From the NCBI GenBank assembly GCA_043228905.1, contig JBHGNT010000010.1, positions 8,432,001 through 8,496,000 on the forward strand: a DNA stretch of 64,000 bases, in the 5' to 3' direction. This document shows positions 11,108 through 28,227 of this stretch, in pieces. The stretch comes from Azolla caroliniana (lineage: Eukaryota > Plantae > Polypodiophyta). Numbering within the stretch: position 1 is the first letter of the stretch; every line of letters begins with the position of its first letter. The position numbers and the translations under genes were made by a program. The notes below the pieces were generated by a model. It saw only the letters and a program-made list of their open reading frames with translations, ran no database searches and was not told the origin of the DNA.

Positions 11108-13822
11108 ATAGGGAGTTGTTCGATTTGGACATTCGGAAATTGATTCGGTGAATATTGGGTGATCTTTGAATGCCAGGCACGGGGTGCTTGCTTAAGTCCA
11201 TATAGTAGCTTCTTGAGTCGGCAGACTGCTGTCGGGTGTTTGCTCTATTCGAAACCAATTAGTTGAATCATGAAGACCTCCTCTTCTAATTCGCCTTGCA
11301 GGATGGCATTCTTCACATCCATTTGGTGGAGGTGCCACCCATTTGCAGCTGCGAGAGCAATGACTGTTCGAATAGTCGTCATCTTTGCCACCAGGGCAAA
11401 GGTTTCCTCATAATTGATGATGTCTGTTTGAGCATATCCCTTGGCTACAAGTTGTGCTTTGTAGTGATTTACTGAACAGTCACTTTCTTGTGTGGTGAAT
11501 GGGGGGCGAGATCCCATGTCTCGTTTTAGCATAGAGCCTGCATTTCTTCGTGCATGGCTTCGATCCATCGTGGATCCTTGGCTGCCTCGGAAAGGGTTTC
11601 CGGTTCTCGAACTGTTGCCACCTTCATCATAAAAGCATAATGATATGCCATATACTCATCGTAACCGAATTGGCTAACCAGAGTTTTCTCTCGGGTGGGG
11701 CGACAGAGCTTCTCATTTGCAAAGACTAAGGCTTTCTTCACTCCATTCGTCCGGATGATCAGGATGTCAAGGCCTTTGAACTCATTGTCAAGGGAGTGAG
11801 TTGACTCATTGTTGATCGGATCTTCGTATTCCAGCATTTTGGCCTCCCCTTTTTCTAGCTTCGGACTCGACCGAGATGTGCTTTGGTCACTCGAGGGCTC
11901 TTGTGGTCCACTAAGCCTTGTCATAATCGGACTTTCGTCGTACATCTGTTTGACTCAATCTTCATTCTCTAGCTCTTGGTCGGCCGATTGTTGTCGGAAT
12001 CGGAGTCGACTCTAGTTTGTATTAGGATGCGGACTCGTCGAAAACGACATCTCGACTCACCCTAACTTTTCGGGTAGATGGGTTGTAACATTTGTACCCC
12101 TTTTATTCGAGTGAGTATCCTATGAGGATACATTTCTTTGACTTCGGGTTGAGCTTTTGTTGCTTCTCGTTGGGAATATTTACATATGCAATCAAGCCGA
12201 ATATCCGGATATGTGATAGATCTAGCTTCTTTCCGAAAAACTTCGTATGAGGGGTTACGTCGTGTGCCCTAGAGGTTGTACATCTATTCATGAGATAGAC
12301 GACTGTGTTAGCCGCTTCTACCCAGTACGATTTCGGCAAGTTCTTCTCGTTCATCATGGCCCGTGCCACCTCTACTATATGCCGATTTTTCCATTCGGCT
12401 ACTTCGTTTTGTTGAGCTATATGTCCTCATGAGAATTCTCGTCGAATTCCTTCCTTTCGGAGATATGCTATAAAATCGTCCAAGAAATATTCCTTGCCTC
12501 CATCCGATCGAAGGCATCGGACATTTCGACTTATGAGTTTTTCAACTTCTTTGTTAAACCTTTGGAAGTGTCCGAACACTTCACTCTTCTGCCACATAGG
12601 ATAGCTCCAAGTATGCCTCGAGAAGTCGTCGATGAACATTACATAATATCGGCAACCACCGAATGTTGTTGTCTGGGCTGGTCCGCACACATCTTAATGT
12701 ACTACATCCATGATTCCTTTGATCACATTCCTCTCTTTCGGAAACGATTGTCAGTGCTATTTGCCAAATTGACAGGCTTCATATACACTTATAATCTTCT
12801 TTTCAGTAAATGTCGGGAGTCCTATTACGACTCCTTTTGCCTGCATTCCTTTAAGCTTTTGGAAATTGATGTGGCCAATTCACTTGTGCCACAAGTTCAA
12901 GTCGGTTTCGAATCTTAGGCCTTTTGCGAACATGGCCGACTTCACCTCATTCGATTCGAGGATGAACATTCGACCTTCTCTTCTACCGTGAGCTATGAGC
13001 CGATCGTCTTTTTCAATGAAGCACCAATCATTGTTGAATCATACTTGCATACCTTGTGTTAGGTTTTTCTGTCCACATTAATAAGTAAATAAAATGGGCC
13101 TTGGATGCCCAAAACTTGTATTTTTTTAAAATAGTGTGAAAGGGGTTCACACAAGAAGACGTTACATATCTACACTATGTAACTCTTTTTTTTTTTGAGT
13201 GTGTTAAAAAGGGAAAAACGAGCATTTCTCTGCTGCAATAGAGAAAAACAGATTTTAGAGAGCCCATACTCTCTTTCCTAGCAGATTCCTTCAATCTTTC
13301 TGAAGTACACCAACACAGTCAAACATCCGGACATTGCCGCCTTCGTCATCAGCCACGTGTTGTGAGTTTTGGTGGTTTTTGCGTTCCTTTTTGTTGAGTT
13401 TTTATTTTTGAGGAAACATCATATTCCTCGATTGCTCATAGTACTCTAACTTGTTTAGAGTAGAACTTTTGTGTATCAGATTTATATTGATAGTGAATTA
13501 GTTCTGGACTCGGTCCCGTGGTTTTTACCACTTCGAGGGTTTTCCACGTTAAAAATTTGTGGTGTATTGTGTATTGATTTGTTGTGTATCTTTCTTGTTT
13601 TCTTTTTAAATCTTGCACAACATATTTTCTGTTTTACATAAGTGTTTAAGTGTTTAACCATGTTGGCAGCGAAAATCTTGTTGAGATTGCCCCATGCTTC
13701 TTTCAACATTTTCGATTCTCAAATATAGCTGAGCATATGATCATGAACACATGATGCAAGACAATACAACACATGCCTTGCGACCTGCTCCCATGCTGGG
13801 TAGTCGGCGTGTGTTGGGTTGG
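11108..13822 (-). pseudogene. Degenerate copia F (gag fragment 13661-13822; INT-RT 11108-13056)
   Basis: ORFs with [25 protein letters not shown] and EAWGNLNKIFAAN; many stops and frameshifts. Confidence 0.88.
13057..13660 (+). repeat. Solo LTR-like insert in copia F
   Basis: Begins TGTTAG and ends AACCA; contains GGTTTTCCACGTTAAA, resembling the copia A LTR; flanked by non-contiguous copia F sequence; no TSD seen. Confidence 0.55.
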
Positions 13823-13854
13823 CCCTTTTTGTCGGCCTACCTGCTCGTGCGGCC

Positions 13855-16800
13855 TTTCGGGTCCCCAATGCTGCTCCTGTGAGCATTCCACCTTACCGAC
13901 TTAGTGGATTAGAAGAGGATGAGATCGCTAAACAACTTAAGGAATACTTGAGTATGGGCCACATTAGGTATAGTAAATCATCTTGGGGTGCACTAGTTTT
14001 ATTAGTAAAGAAGAAGGAAGGTTCATGGAGGATGTGTATCAATTATCGCCATTTGAATAAAATGACAATTAAAAGTGCATATCCGCTACCTCGTGCTGAT
14101 GATTTGATTGATCGTTTGCATGGGGCTCGATATTTTACAAAAATTGACTTACAAACAGGTTATCATCAGATTCGCATTGCTAAGTATGATATTCCTAAAA
14201 TAGCTTTTCGTACACACTATGGCCATTATGAGTTTTTAGTCATGCCTTTCGGGTTGACTAATGCTCCAGCCACATTCCAGCAAGCGATGAATGACGTTTT
14301 CCGAGATCAACTCGGTGATTTTGTTGTTATCTTCTTGGATGATATTTTGATATATAGTCGTACCTTGCAAGATCATGTTCAACTTGTTCAATTTGTTCAA
14401 TTTGTTTTGCAAAAGTTGCGTGACAACTCTTTCAATGCAAAACATTCAAAATGTGATTTTTTCCAAAAATCTATTGTGTACCTAGGTCATTTAATTACGG
14501 AAAATGGTGTTGAAATTGAACCTTCTCGTATTGAAAAGGTTAAACTTTGGCCCACTCCTCGTAATATTCGTGAACTGTGATTATTCTTAGGGTTTGTTGG
14601 ATTTTCACGAAAATCAATTCGTAACTATTCCAAATTGACTACGCCATTAACTGACCTTTTAAAAGGTCATCCACATAAGTCTGTCAAACCAAATGCATGG
14701 AATGAAGAACTTGACAAATCATTTGAGACACTCAAAGACCATGTGTGTTAGGCTCCCACTCTTCTATTACCGGACCCTTCTAAGCCTTTCTCAATCGAAA
14801 CCGATGCTAGTGATTATGCTATTGGTGTCGTTCTTTATCAAGGCGGTCACCATATTTCTTTTGAAAGTAAGAAGCTTGATGCTGCTCAATCTCGGTATTC
14901 GGTTCAAGAGAAAGAGTTGTTTGCGGTAATACATGCACTTAAAACATGGAGGCACTATCTCTATGGAAATAAATTTGTGGTTATAACAGACCATCAATCA
15001 TTGAAGTACTTTTGTGACCAGCTAGATCTTGTTGGTCGTAAAGGCCGTTGGGCTAACCTTATTCAAGATTTTGATTTTTCCATATAGTATTGCAAGGGTT
15101 CTATAAACACTGTTGCGGATGCTCTTCATCGCATTAAAGAAGTTAACATGCTTAGCTTCATGAAAATAAAATATGATATTTTAGATCACCTTCGAGGGAA
15201 ATACCTTGATGACAGTTATTTTTCGAAATAATGGACGAAAGCCAAATCTGGTTTAGATGTCGATACTCGCACCCTACCCTCGAAGGCGACCTTTCACATT
15301 ACAAACGGTTTTCTCTACCGTAGTGGAAAGGTCTGTGTTCCAGATTTACCAAACGTAAAACAAAAAATTCTTAATGAATGTCATGGTGCACCATCTGTTG
15401 GTCATCCTGGAATACAATGCACACTTGTTCTCATCTCAAGTACTTTTTTCTGGCCTAAGATGCGCTCTGACGTGCATAAATACGTAACTCAATGCTTACA
15501 ATGTCAGATTAATAAGTCGGAACAACTTAAAGCTGTGGGTCTTTTACATCCCTTAGATATTCCCAACAACAAATGGGAAAGTATCTCGATGGATTTTATT
15601 GTTAGTTTACCTCGTACACAGAGGGGTCATGATGCCATTTGGGTTGTCATTGACAGACTAACAAAATTGGCTAGATTTATTCCTACCAAAACCACGGTAA
15701 CCGCTCAACAATTGGCTTATCAATTTGTTGATGAGTTATTTCATTTTTATGGATTACCGATGGATATTGTTAGTGATCGAGATTCCAAGTTTACTAGTGA
15801 CTTTTGGACTCAGGTCTTTAAGAAACTAGAAATACGTTGAGCATGAGTTTCGCAGATCATCCTTAAACTGAACGAATTAATCAAATTATTGAGAGCATGC
15901 TTCGAGCTTATGTAGCAAAAACCCCTTCTAAGTGGGAGCAATACCTTCCTATCTTAGAATTTGCCTATAATATCTCTAAACATACATCCACTGGATATAG
16001 TCCTTTTATGTTGATGTATGGTTTTCAGCCACATGCCCCGGTCGATGTCACGATTCATTATGCTACATTAGACATTACACACAATTTTTTGCAAGACATG
16101 AACCAAATGTTGCATATTGCCAAAGAGAATGTCAAGACGACTCAAGATCGTGCTCGATTTTATGTTGATCAGGATAGACGTCCTCGTGCATTTACTATTG
16201 GTCAAAAAGTTTTTTTGCGTGTCCCTACTGACTCTATGTCATTGTCTACGGGCAAGTGCGCTAAGTTAGCCCCATGATATTGTGGCCCATTTGAAATCCT
16301 TAAGCGGGTTGGGTCATTTGCTTATCACCTTGCCTTACCCCAAAACGTTGGTATTCATCCTGTTTTTCACGTCAGTCGTTTAAAACCATTTTTAGGCTCT
16401 GGTGATAACACCATCACAATCCAAGATCTTGTAACATTAGAGGATTTTTCTTACAAACCTCATGTTCCTGAACGAATTCTTGATTCTTGTACTAAATGTT
16501 TACGTTCTAAAGAGATTCAGCTATTCAAGATCAAATGGATGGATAAACCTATTGATGATGCCACATGGGAACGCGAGCATACTCTTCAGGCACAATTTCC
16601 TCACTTTATATTGCAAGAGTGCAATCTTTTGAAGTAGGGGAGTATACACATAATGTTGGTGAGGGTAGGTCACTAATATTTACATTAGTGAAGGGTATGT
16701 TCACTAATGTTAAAAAGGGGACTAATGATTGGATAGAAGGAATGATATGTGCATGCACTATCATGATTTGGACAACCAATGAATGGAGAGCCTTTTAGAA

Positions 16801-17110
16801 AGGCACATCTATTCAAGGGGCCTAGGAAAAGGTATAAATATGAGGCTTAGCAACCCTCATAAGGACATTACGCCGGAAGGCTGCTGTCTTAGACACAGGT
16901 GGTGCGGGCTACGCTTTCGTCTTGACATTCATGTTTATTTCTTCCAAGGTATTAGTCATCCTAATATTCGGCAGTATGGGACATCGGTGGTAGGTTGGCT
17001 ATGTCTAGATCATAGCTAGGGGGTGGTCGGGTGGAACAGGTTCTTCTATCCAATCTATTTTCCTTCTTTTACTTTACTTTGGTCTATTGATTAGTAATAC
17101 ACACTTAACA
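13855..17110 (+). mobile_element. 5'-truncated Ty3/gypsy chromovirus G2 (RT-RH-INT-chromodomain, PPT, probable 3' LTR ~16645-17110)
   Basis: YEFLVMPFGLTNAPATF, FLDDILIYS, IETDASDYA, WESISMDF, IVSDRDSKF, chromo-like FKIKW...DATWE; PPT GAAGTAGGGGAG at 16631-16642; multiple stops. Confidence 0.9.
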
Positions 17111-19168
<2,058 letters not shown>

Positions 19169-19597
19169 TCATAAACTTTCCGTTTATTCTATATCAAGAT
19201 AGACGAACTCTATTTCTTCTTTACTAATCGTTATGGAGATATTCGTGCAGACTATAAAGTAAAGTGTCTTAGTCATATGATTGATTCTTCTATTTCATCT
19301 TCTTAAATTATGATTAAGAATAAGTCTTTTAGACACTTTACTTTAGATATTTGGTATCGAATTAATTGCTCTATGTCTATCAAAAAAATCAGTTGGAATT
19401 TTTTAATGTTTGTATGTATAATGTAGATAGTAATATTTCGCCGTATGAAAGCGATACTCTAACCCCTGAGTTAAGTAGGTTGGGCAGTTTCATAGCAGCC
19501 AGCCCGTTTCATCGAGCCTCGGAAGTCAAGGCGGCCATTCTATCTACAAGATTTTCTGTCAATTCCTTTCGAAAACAACAACTTTTTTTGCTCTGCC

Positions 19598-19760
19598 TTT
19601 GATTTTGTTATTCCAATACGAGTCATGAACGGAATAACAAACATACCCTGCCTCCACATAGGATCAAGAACAGGGTCGGATGGATCGAAAACTACTAACT
19701 CGTAAAGAGCCATTGAACCCGCCCAACCAGAAACCAAAGCAGTATGCATCAGATGTAGCC
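19598..19760 (-). pseudogene. psbB: NUPT: psbB (CP47) N-terminal fragment
   Basis: [52 protein letters not shown]. Confidence 0.95.
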
Positions 19761-19841
19761 CACGCCTCTCTCGCGAGTAAATCTTTTCTTCGGAATAGTA
19801 GTACCGATGAAGAAAAAGCCTTTTTTCTGCCTAGATACTTA

Positions 19842-20151
<310 letters not shown>

Positions 20152-20395
20152 GTAAGCTTGTTGATTCGTAGTATATCACGAAAACCTATCGGTGTCAACT
20201 GAGGTGGGTAATGCACCAAGGGTTTGCATAGGATGAACTCCTTCTAATAAGATAATAAGACTATTGCTTCTAGGACTATCGCTTACTATAGAGCCTTTGC
20301 ATATAGTCTTGGGAGCATCAGGTGTGCCGAGTCGGGTTGGTTTTTCACTCGCGAGTCGCGACGCGAGTAGTAAAACCGAGCCGAGAGTGGCTCTA

Positions 20396-21148
<753 letters not shown>

Positions 21149-21677
21149 TCAAAAAAATTAGTGATTCCCCAGGCTAGCGTTGGAAGGAAAATTAGAGGAC
21201 TTGAGGAATTTCATGGTTCTTGTTGATGTATTGGAAAATGATCAAGATCTCATTGCGTTTCGTTCTAACACAGGCATAATTCAGACCTATTAAGTTTGTT
21301 TTTCGATAAAAATAGACGTAATATAGCAGAAAATTTGTGTTTTTATTGTGCTCATCATCTAGTACCGATCTCTAAGGATCATATTTTAATTTACAGAATG
21401 ATTAACCTTTTACGGAAATTAAATGAGAAATTCAAAAATCGGTTTAAGAAACCAGTGAATAACTCAGAATAACGAGAAGTATCCTCATCGATTTCTCAAT
21501 GTTTTACTTCTTTACAAAACGATTGTTATCGAAGTTACTCGCCAAAAATTTGTGATAGATACGATCGGTCCCAGGGGGTAAATAAAAAATATAGATACAA
21601 AAACAACGATAGGCCCAGAGAATGCTATTGCATTGTAGGGTCGTAACTGTACAAACCTGGCAAGTTCGAATTGGCAC

Positions 21678-22385
21678 GTTTTTGGTTAACTCCTATAACG
21701 AGCGAAACCCTCGTTTTGTGTTGCTAAGATATGATGCTCCCAGAGGATCAATGTCATCATTCACCCTCGGCAAGCAGGAACATAGAACATGGGCCGGCTT
21801 CCGACGAACTTGAGGTTCCGACGAGCGAGCCGGTGGTAAGTGAGCCGCTTCATCGGTACCTGCCCATGAATCTGTGTTCAGTCAGCGGTTAGCCAGGATT
21901 GATGACACTCCCTCTGTGCCGATGTTGCACTCACAAGAGACTGCCCGTAGCTCTACTATGGAGGAAGGTGAGGATGACGTCAAGTCCGCATGGCCCTTAT
22001 GGGCTGCTGGGCTACACACGTGCTACAATGGCAATTACAATAGGAAGCAGGGCCGTAAGGCGGAGCGAATCCAGAAAGATTGCCTCAGTTCGGATTGTTC
22101 TCTGCAACTCGAGAACATGAAGTTGGAATTGCTAGTAATCGCGGATCAACATGCCGCGGTGAATATGTACTCGGGCCCCATACACACCGCCCGTCACACC
22201 CTGGGAATTGGTTTCACCCGAAGCATCGACCAGAGATCACCCATTACTAAAGTGTTCCATGCCTAGTTGAGTGTGGCCCATTTTGGTATTGGTGGTCTTC
22301 TTGGCGCATATCATGGTTGGGTTAGTGATTGGGGTGAAGTCGTAACATGGTAGTCGTAGGGGAACCTGTGGCTGGAGGGAATCTC
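21678..22385 (+). pseudogene. rrn18: NUMT: 3' part of plant mitochondrial SSU rRNA
   Basis: TATAACGAGCGAAACCCTCG, GGATGACGTCAAGTCCGCATGGCCCTTATGGG, ACACACCGCCCGTCACACC and GAAGTCGTAAC, with the variable-region expansion typical of plant mt 18S; several substitutions in conserved motifs. Confidence 0.92.
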
Positions 22386-22466
22386 AAAGGGAAGCGCCAG
22401 CATCCTTTCGTTAATTGTACTAACTTGATGAAGTTAATTCCAAGTTAGGTAAATGCCGGCCTGGCC

Positions 22467-22949
22467 ACAAAATTCTCGAATAATTTTGGATTAAAGTTGA
22501 GCGATCAACTAGAGATCAAGATTACATTTAGATATCTAGTCTCATCCACTCCCCCTTAAACATGAATGTGTATCGAACAATGATGTTTTGATATTCAATA
22601 TGACGCTCTCCCAATTGATTTATCCCGACAACTTGTGAGTGTGTATATTTCCACCTATTTTTGGTTAATAAACAAAAATCTCGAATGAGTGGGCATTAAA
22701 GTTTTACGATCAAGTAGAGATTGTGATTACGTTTCGTTGTGGTTTTGTAGTTGTTTAATTCAAATAACATTGAATATCTAGTATGATCAACTCCGCCTTA
22801 AACATGGCGGTCAAAATGGAATTAGCATGAAACATGACCATATTGTCACCCAAAAGGACAAGACTTGTCGACATTAACAAGATGTTTAAATTTTCATTTC
22901 ATTCGTAGAATTCGTGTCAAATAATGCATTCAAATGTGTCTCTTGAAAG
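22467..22949. repeat. tRNA-Phe-derived satellite, segment 2
   Basis: Resumes the monomer broken at 18974 and continues at 39554. Confidence 0.9.
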
Positions 22950-25900
22950 TGTCATGATATGGCAAGATTTGAACCCATGACTTTATGTTACATGGGTTGA
23001 GCTCTTGACCATTAGACTATATGTTGTAATACGAAGAATATTATTTTCATTTAGGTTTTACGATAGAAAATTGATATATATTTCAGATTTCTCTGGAACA
23101 TTCTAGAAACTTCAGGAGTACTCCTGAGAACACTATAAAAGGAGGCACACGATATTATTTCGAACCAAATCGGTTGAACGCCAGTCTTAAGCCTCCTAGC
23201 TAGTATTGTATATTCCCTTAACATAATATGTATCTTTTGTTATCCTCATTCTCTCTCTCTCTCTCTCACTCTCCCTCTCCTTCTCTCGAGAGTTCTACAC
23301 CTCCCTTAACACTAATCCTCATCTTTTAGTATTAATTCCTTCTCTGTTTTAGTACTGTTCCTGACAATACTTCTGTGTCTTAGTACAACTCCTGACAGTT
23401 TGAACCCATTTTCCTCTCCTTCCTTCTCTTCCTTTATCTTTTTACTTCTCCCTCCCTTCATACTAATATCTTATTCCTCTTTTCTCTCATACTATGGGCA
23501 CTGTTAGCGCTCAAGAATATCAATCCGTTTTCTCAGAGCTGGATTGCTTGAAAGAGAATTTCCTTGCTTTGGAACAAGAAAATCAACGGTTGTTGGGGGA
23601 TCTTCAATAAATCTCCTTAGAAAAGTAGCAGACGCAACAACAACATGGGGAACTAGTGGTACGCGTGCAACAACTCGAAGCAACCTTAGTAGTGATGCAA
23701 CAACAAGGACCCAATATGCAAGGGATTAATAAAGAACCCAAGATCGGCCTTCCCATGAAATTCGATGGAATGCGATCACAGTTTAGAGGATTCCTTAATA
23801 AGGTACGATTAGTCATTCAAATGCATTCTTCTCGATATCCCACCAATGCATCACGAGTGGGACTAGTAGGCACTCTACTTAGTGGCACGACTTTGGCATG
23901 GTTCACCCCCCTGTTAGAAAAAAGCTCTCCCTTGTTAAATAATTTCAAAGAGTTTATTACCGAGTTTAAAGCTTGTTTTGGAGATACCGACAATGTTAGA
24001 ACAACAATCAACAAAATCCGAAGATTGTGCCAAGGTGAGCGGCCGACCTCGGCTTATGATGCGGATTTCCGTCTTCTCACCACCGATATTCCCTGGGATG
24101 ACCAGGCACAAATGGAGCAATTTCGTTTTGGCCTACATAATGATGTTAAAGATTTACTCTTAACTTTCCGTGAGGAGCCAAAGTCACTAATGGGCCAACA
24201 GTCTTCCAACATATGGCAAATGATATATTCCGAGATCTCTTGGATGATTTTTTGATCATCTATTTGGAGGATCTACTGGTTTATTTGAAGACGCAAGAAG
24301 ACCATGATTCTCATGTACTGTTAGTACTAAAACGACTTCGAGAACATGGTCTTTATGCAAAACTGGAAAAATGTAGTTTCGGGTGCAACCAGGTAGAATT
24401 TTTAGGCTATGTCATTTCCTCGGAAGGGATCTCCATGGATCCAGCTAAGGTCAAAACGGTGGTAGAGTGGCAGACTCCGCATTCGTTTCGAGATGTGCAA
24501 TGCTTTTTAGGCTTTGCCAATTTTTACCGCAAGTTCATACAAGATTACTCAAAGCTTGTTCTACCTCTCACACAACTTACCAGGAAGGGAAAATCGTTCA
24601 TTTGGTCTGAAGAAGTGGACATTTATTTTGAGAGTCTTAAGAAGGCATTTACATCAACTCCTATTTTAGCTCATGTTGATCCAGAGAAACCATTCATCAT
24701 TGAAGCAGATGCGTCGGATTTCGCCTTGGGTAGCATTATGTCTCAACAAGGCGATGATGAGAAGCTACATCTTGTGGTTTTCTATTCATGCAAGTTTGAC
24801 ACCGCAGAAATCAACTATGAAATTCATGATAAGAAGCTATTAGCAGTAGCGGAGTCTTTTAAGCAATGGAGGCATTTTCTAGACGGGTCTTCTCATCAAG
24901 TCATTGTATTAAGTGATCACAAAAACCTTGTCTACTTTCAGAATGCTCGTGTGTTAAATCGACGTCAAGCTTGGTGAGCCCAATTCCTCACTCATTTCGA
25001 CTTCAAAATTACATATCGTCTAGGGAAGCAACAAGGGAAGGCAGATGCATTATCACGACGTTCGTATCTAGCACCGCATCCCGGCGAGCTGGCTTTCGAC
25101 AACCAAAAGCAAGTAATCTTGGGACCGGCACGACTGCAAGCAACGCAGGTCTTCGGTATGCCCTTGGATTCCAACGTTATCAATACCATACGTGAGGACT
25201 TGAAGATAGATGTTTTCACTCAAGCCATTCTAGCACAAATTGATCCCTCTCGAGCATCTTGTTCACAGTCGCAACAACCAGGTACGGACTATCGACAATT
25301 CAAATGTCATGATGGATTACTATTCTTTAAGAAACTCTTGTATGTTCCTAATGGTACTTGTCCCCTTCAAGTAGTCCAAAACTGTCATGACACATATACA
25401 ACTGGGCATTTTGGTAGTACTAAAACAATAGATTTAGTACAACGATCCTTCTGGTGGCCCCATATGCAACAATTTGTCGAAGATTTTGTTTGGACTTGTG
25501 ATACATGTTGCAGAGAAAAAATGCCAAGGCATCATCCATATGGTTTATTAGAACCATTACCAATTCCAAGCAAGCCATGACAATCCATTGCCCTAGATTT
25601 CATCACAGATTTTCCAGTTTCTAAGGGATTCGATGCGATCTTAACAGTAGTAGATCGATATACGAAGATGACCCATTTCTTGCCATGTACTAAGGAAATC
25701 TCCAGTGAAGAAACCGCCAAAATTGTCATGCATGAAGTATGTCGGCATCATGGCCTTCCAGATAGTATCATTAGCGACCGTGGACCCCAATTCGTCTCGA
25801 AGTTCTGGAAGCACCTCTTTAAAATGACTACCACCCACAAACAGACGGCCAAGCAGAACGAAGAAATCAAACGATGGAACAGTATCTTTGGTGCTTTTTA

Positions 25901-27158
25901 AGCTATCATCAAGATGACTATGCGGATATTCTCCACTTCGCCGAATTTGCGTATAATAACTCTGTCCACTCATCAACAATGGTGACACCATTTTATGCTT
26001 ACACGTGTTGTCACCCCCGGTGGTGTGTATTTGAAACCCAAGAGTTACCTACAAATCCTTGTGCAGAGGATTGTTTGGAGCGGCTACGTAAGATACAAGT
26101 GGATTTATCTACTCATCTACATCAAGCTCAACAAACACACAAGGTTTATGTGGATCGTCATCAGCTTCGATCCAGTTTTGACATGGGAGATCAGGTGTGG
26201 CTACTATGATGACACATCAACACCACTCGCCCATGCGAGAAGTTGGATTACCAGCGATTAGGTCCTTTCCGTATTATCGGAAAAATTAATGATGTCGCTT
26301 TTCGTCTTGATCTACCTCCACAACTTCAGATACAATGGTGTTTCATAGTTCTCTCCTCGAACCCTATCAAGACAACACCATCCCAGGTCGTATTAAACAA
26401 CCTCCACCCCTGATCGAGCTTGAAGATGGACCTGAGTATGAGGTTGCCGTCATCCTCGATTCCAAGATTGTTCGCAACAAGCTCTACTATTTAGTCAATT
26501 GGCTAGGATATAGTCCCAATGAGCGTACTTGGGAACCAATAGAGAATGTGACCAATGCTCGTGCTCTTCTTGAAGATTTCCATCGTCAATATCGAGACAA
26601 ACCGGGTCCTCAATCCAAAATGACTCGTGACACTCGTCGTTTTAAAAGGGAGATAGTGTCATGATATGGCAAGACTCGAACCCATGACCTTATGTTACAT
26701 GGGTCGAGCTCTTGACCATTAGACTATATATTATAATACAAAAAATATTATTTTCATTTAGGTTTTACTATAGAAAATTGATGTATATTCCAGATTTCTC
26801 TAGAGGGTGAAAGCATGCGAGTGGAAACAATTAGCTATGTCCTTGACATAGCTAATTAGCTATGCAGAAAGCTACCATTGATAAATAGTCATTTTAGTAA
26901 AAATACATCATTAATAAATTAAGTATGCAAAAAACTACCATTGAAAATACTAGAGTGTTTTAATTACATATGTAAATGAGTGCCATAAATGTGCAACATA
27001 AATTGATGTGTGCACCATAAATGTGTACCATAAATTATATATCGAATTCCTAGGTCCATTATGCATGATCCTTTGCCACATCACGTAGGCCATCTCTAGT
27101 TGAGTACTGTGGGTTAGTTGCTACCACTGTTGCTAAACCCTATCGAGTCCACCTGCCG

Positions 27159-27900
27159 CCACTCTACACTGAGGGGCCGCTACTGTGCGTTCCAAGCATC
27201 ATCAAAGAGCTGCTCAATCTGACGGGGTTCTCTTCTCTGTGACACTCTACACTCAGGGGCCACTACTGTGCATTCCAAGCATCATCAAAGAGCTGTTCAA
27301 TCTGACGGGGTTCTCTTCTCTGTGCCACTCTACACTCAGGGGCCATTACTGTGCGTTCCAAGCATCATCAAAGAGCTGTTCAATCTGAGGGGGTTCTCTT
27401 CTCTGTGCCACTCTACACTCAGGGGCCATTACTGTGCGTTCCAAGCATCATCAAAGAGCTGTTCAATCTGAGGGGGTTCTCTTCTCTATGCCACTCTACA
27501 CTCAGGGGCCGCTGCTGTGCGTTCCAAGCATCATCAAAGAGCTGTTCAATCTGACGGGGTTCTCTTCTCTTTGCCACTCTACACTCAGGGGTTGCTACTG
27601 TGCGTTCCAAGCATAATCAAAGAGCTATTCAATCTGACGGGGTTCTCTTCTCTTTTCCACTCTCACTCAGGGGCCGCTACTGTGCGTTTCAAGCATCATT
27701 GGTAACTGTTCAATCTGACGGGGTTCTCTTCTCTTTTCCACTCTCACTCAGGGGCCGCTACTGTGCGTTTCAAGCATCATTGGTAACTGTTCAATCTGAC
27801 GGGGTTCTCTTCTCTATGCCACTCTATTCTCAAGTGCCTTCTATGTGCGTTTCAAGCATCATCGGTAACTGTTCAATCTGATGGGGTTCTCTCCTCCATT
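27159..27900. repeat. Subterminal 83/81-bp tandem array (~9 copies) inside the transposon
   Basis: Unit ccactctacactcaggggccgctactgtgcgttccaagcatcatcaaagagctgttcaatctgacggggttctcttctctgtg; repeated ORF starts spaced exactly 83 bp. Confidence 0.95.
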
Positions 27901-28227
27901 GCCATCATTCTATACTCAGTTGCCACTACTGTCCAGTCCCGGATTGCTTCCACATTTCGATTTGACGGAGTTCACTCATCCAACGACAACATTCTACACT
28001 CAGTTGTTGCCATTGGTCGGTCTTGGATCGCCTCCTCAACTGTTGGATCCAACGGAGTGAAATCCTCTACTGTTCGGTCTTGGATTGCAATAACTTTTCT
28101 GTCTATTGATTATCTTGTGTATTGTTGTGTCTAATCTTGTGTATTGTGTGGAATATTTTTGTGTATTGTTGTTGCCCATAGCCATCTTTAATACTTGTTT
28201 TTTTTTCTGGAAATTTAGGGTTTTAAC

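Noticed and set aside
21620-21680. Possible intron 3' end upstream of the rrn18 fragment
   Set aside because: No convincing group I or group II motifs by eye; may simply be another junction
21678-22385. Bacterial 16S contamination or functional rRNA
   Set aside because: Plant mitochondrial signatures, partial length and mutated conserved motifs
27159-27900. CRISPR-like regular repeats
   Set aside because: Whole units repeat with no unique spacers; no cas genes; eukaryotic context
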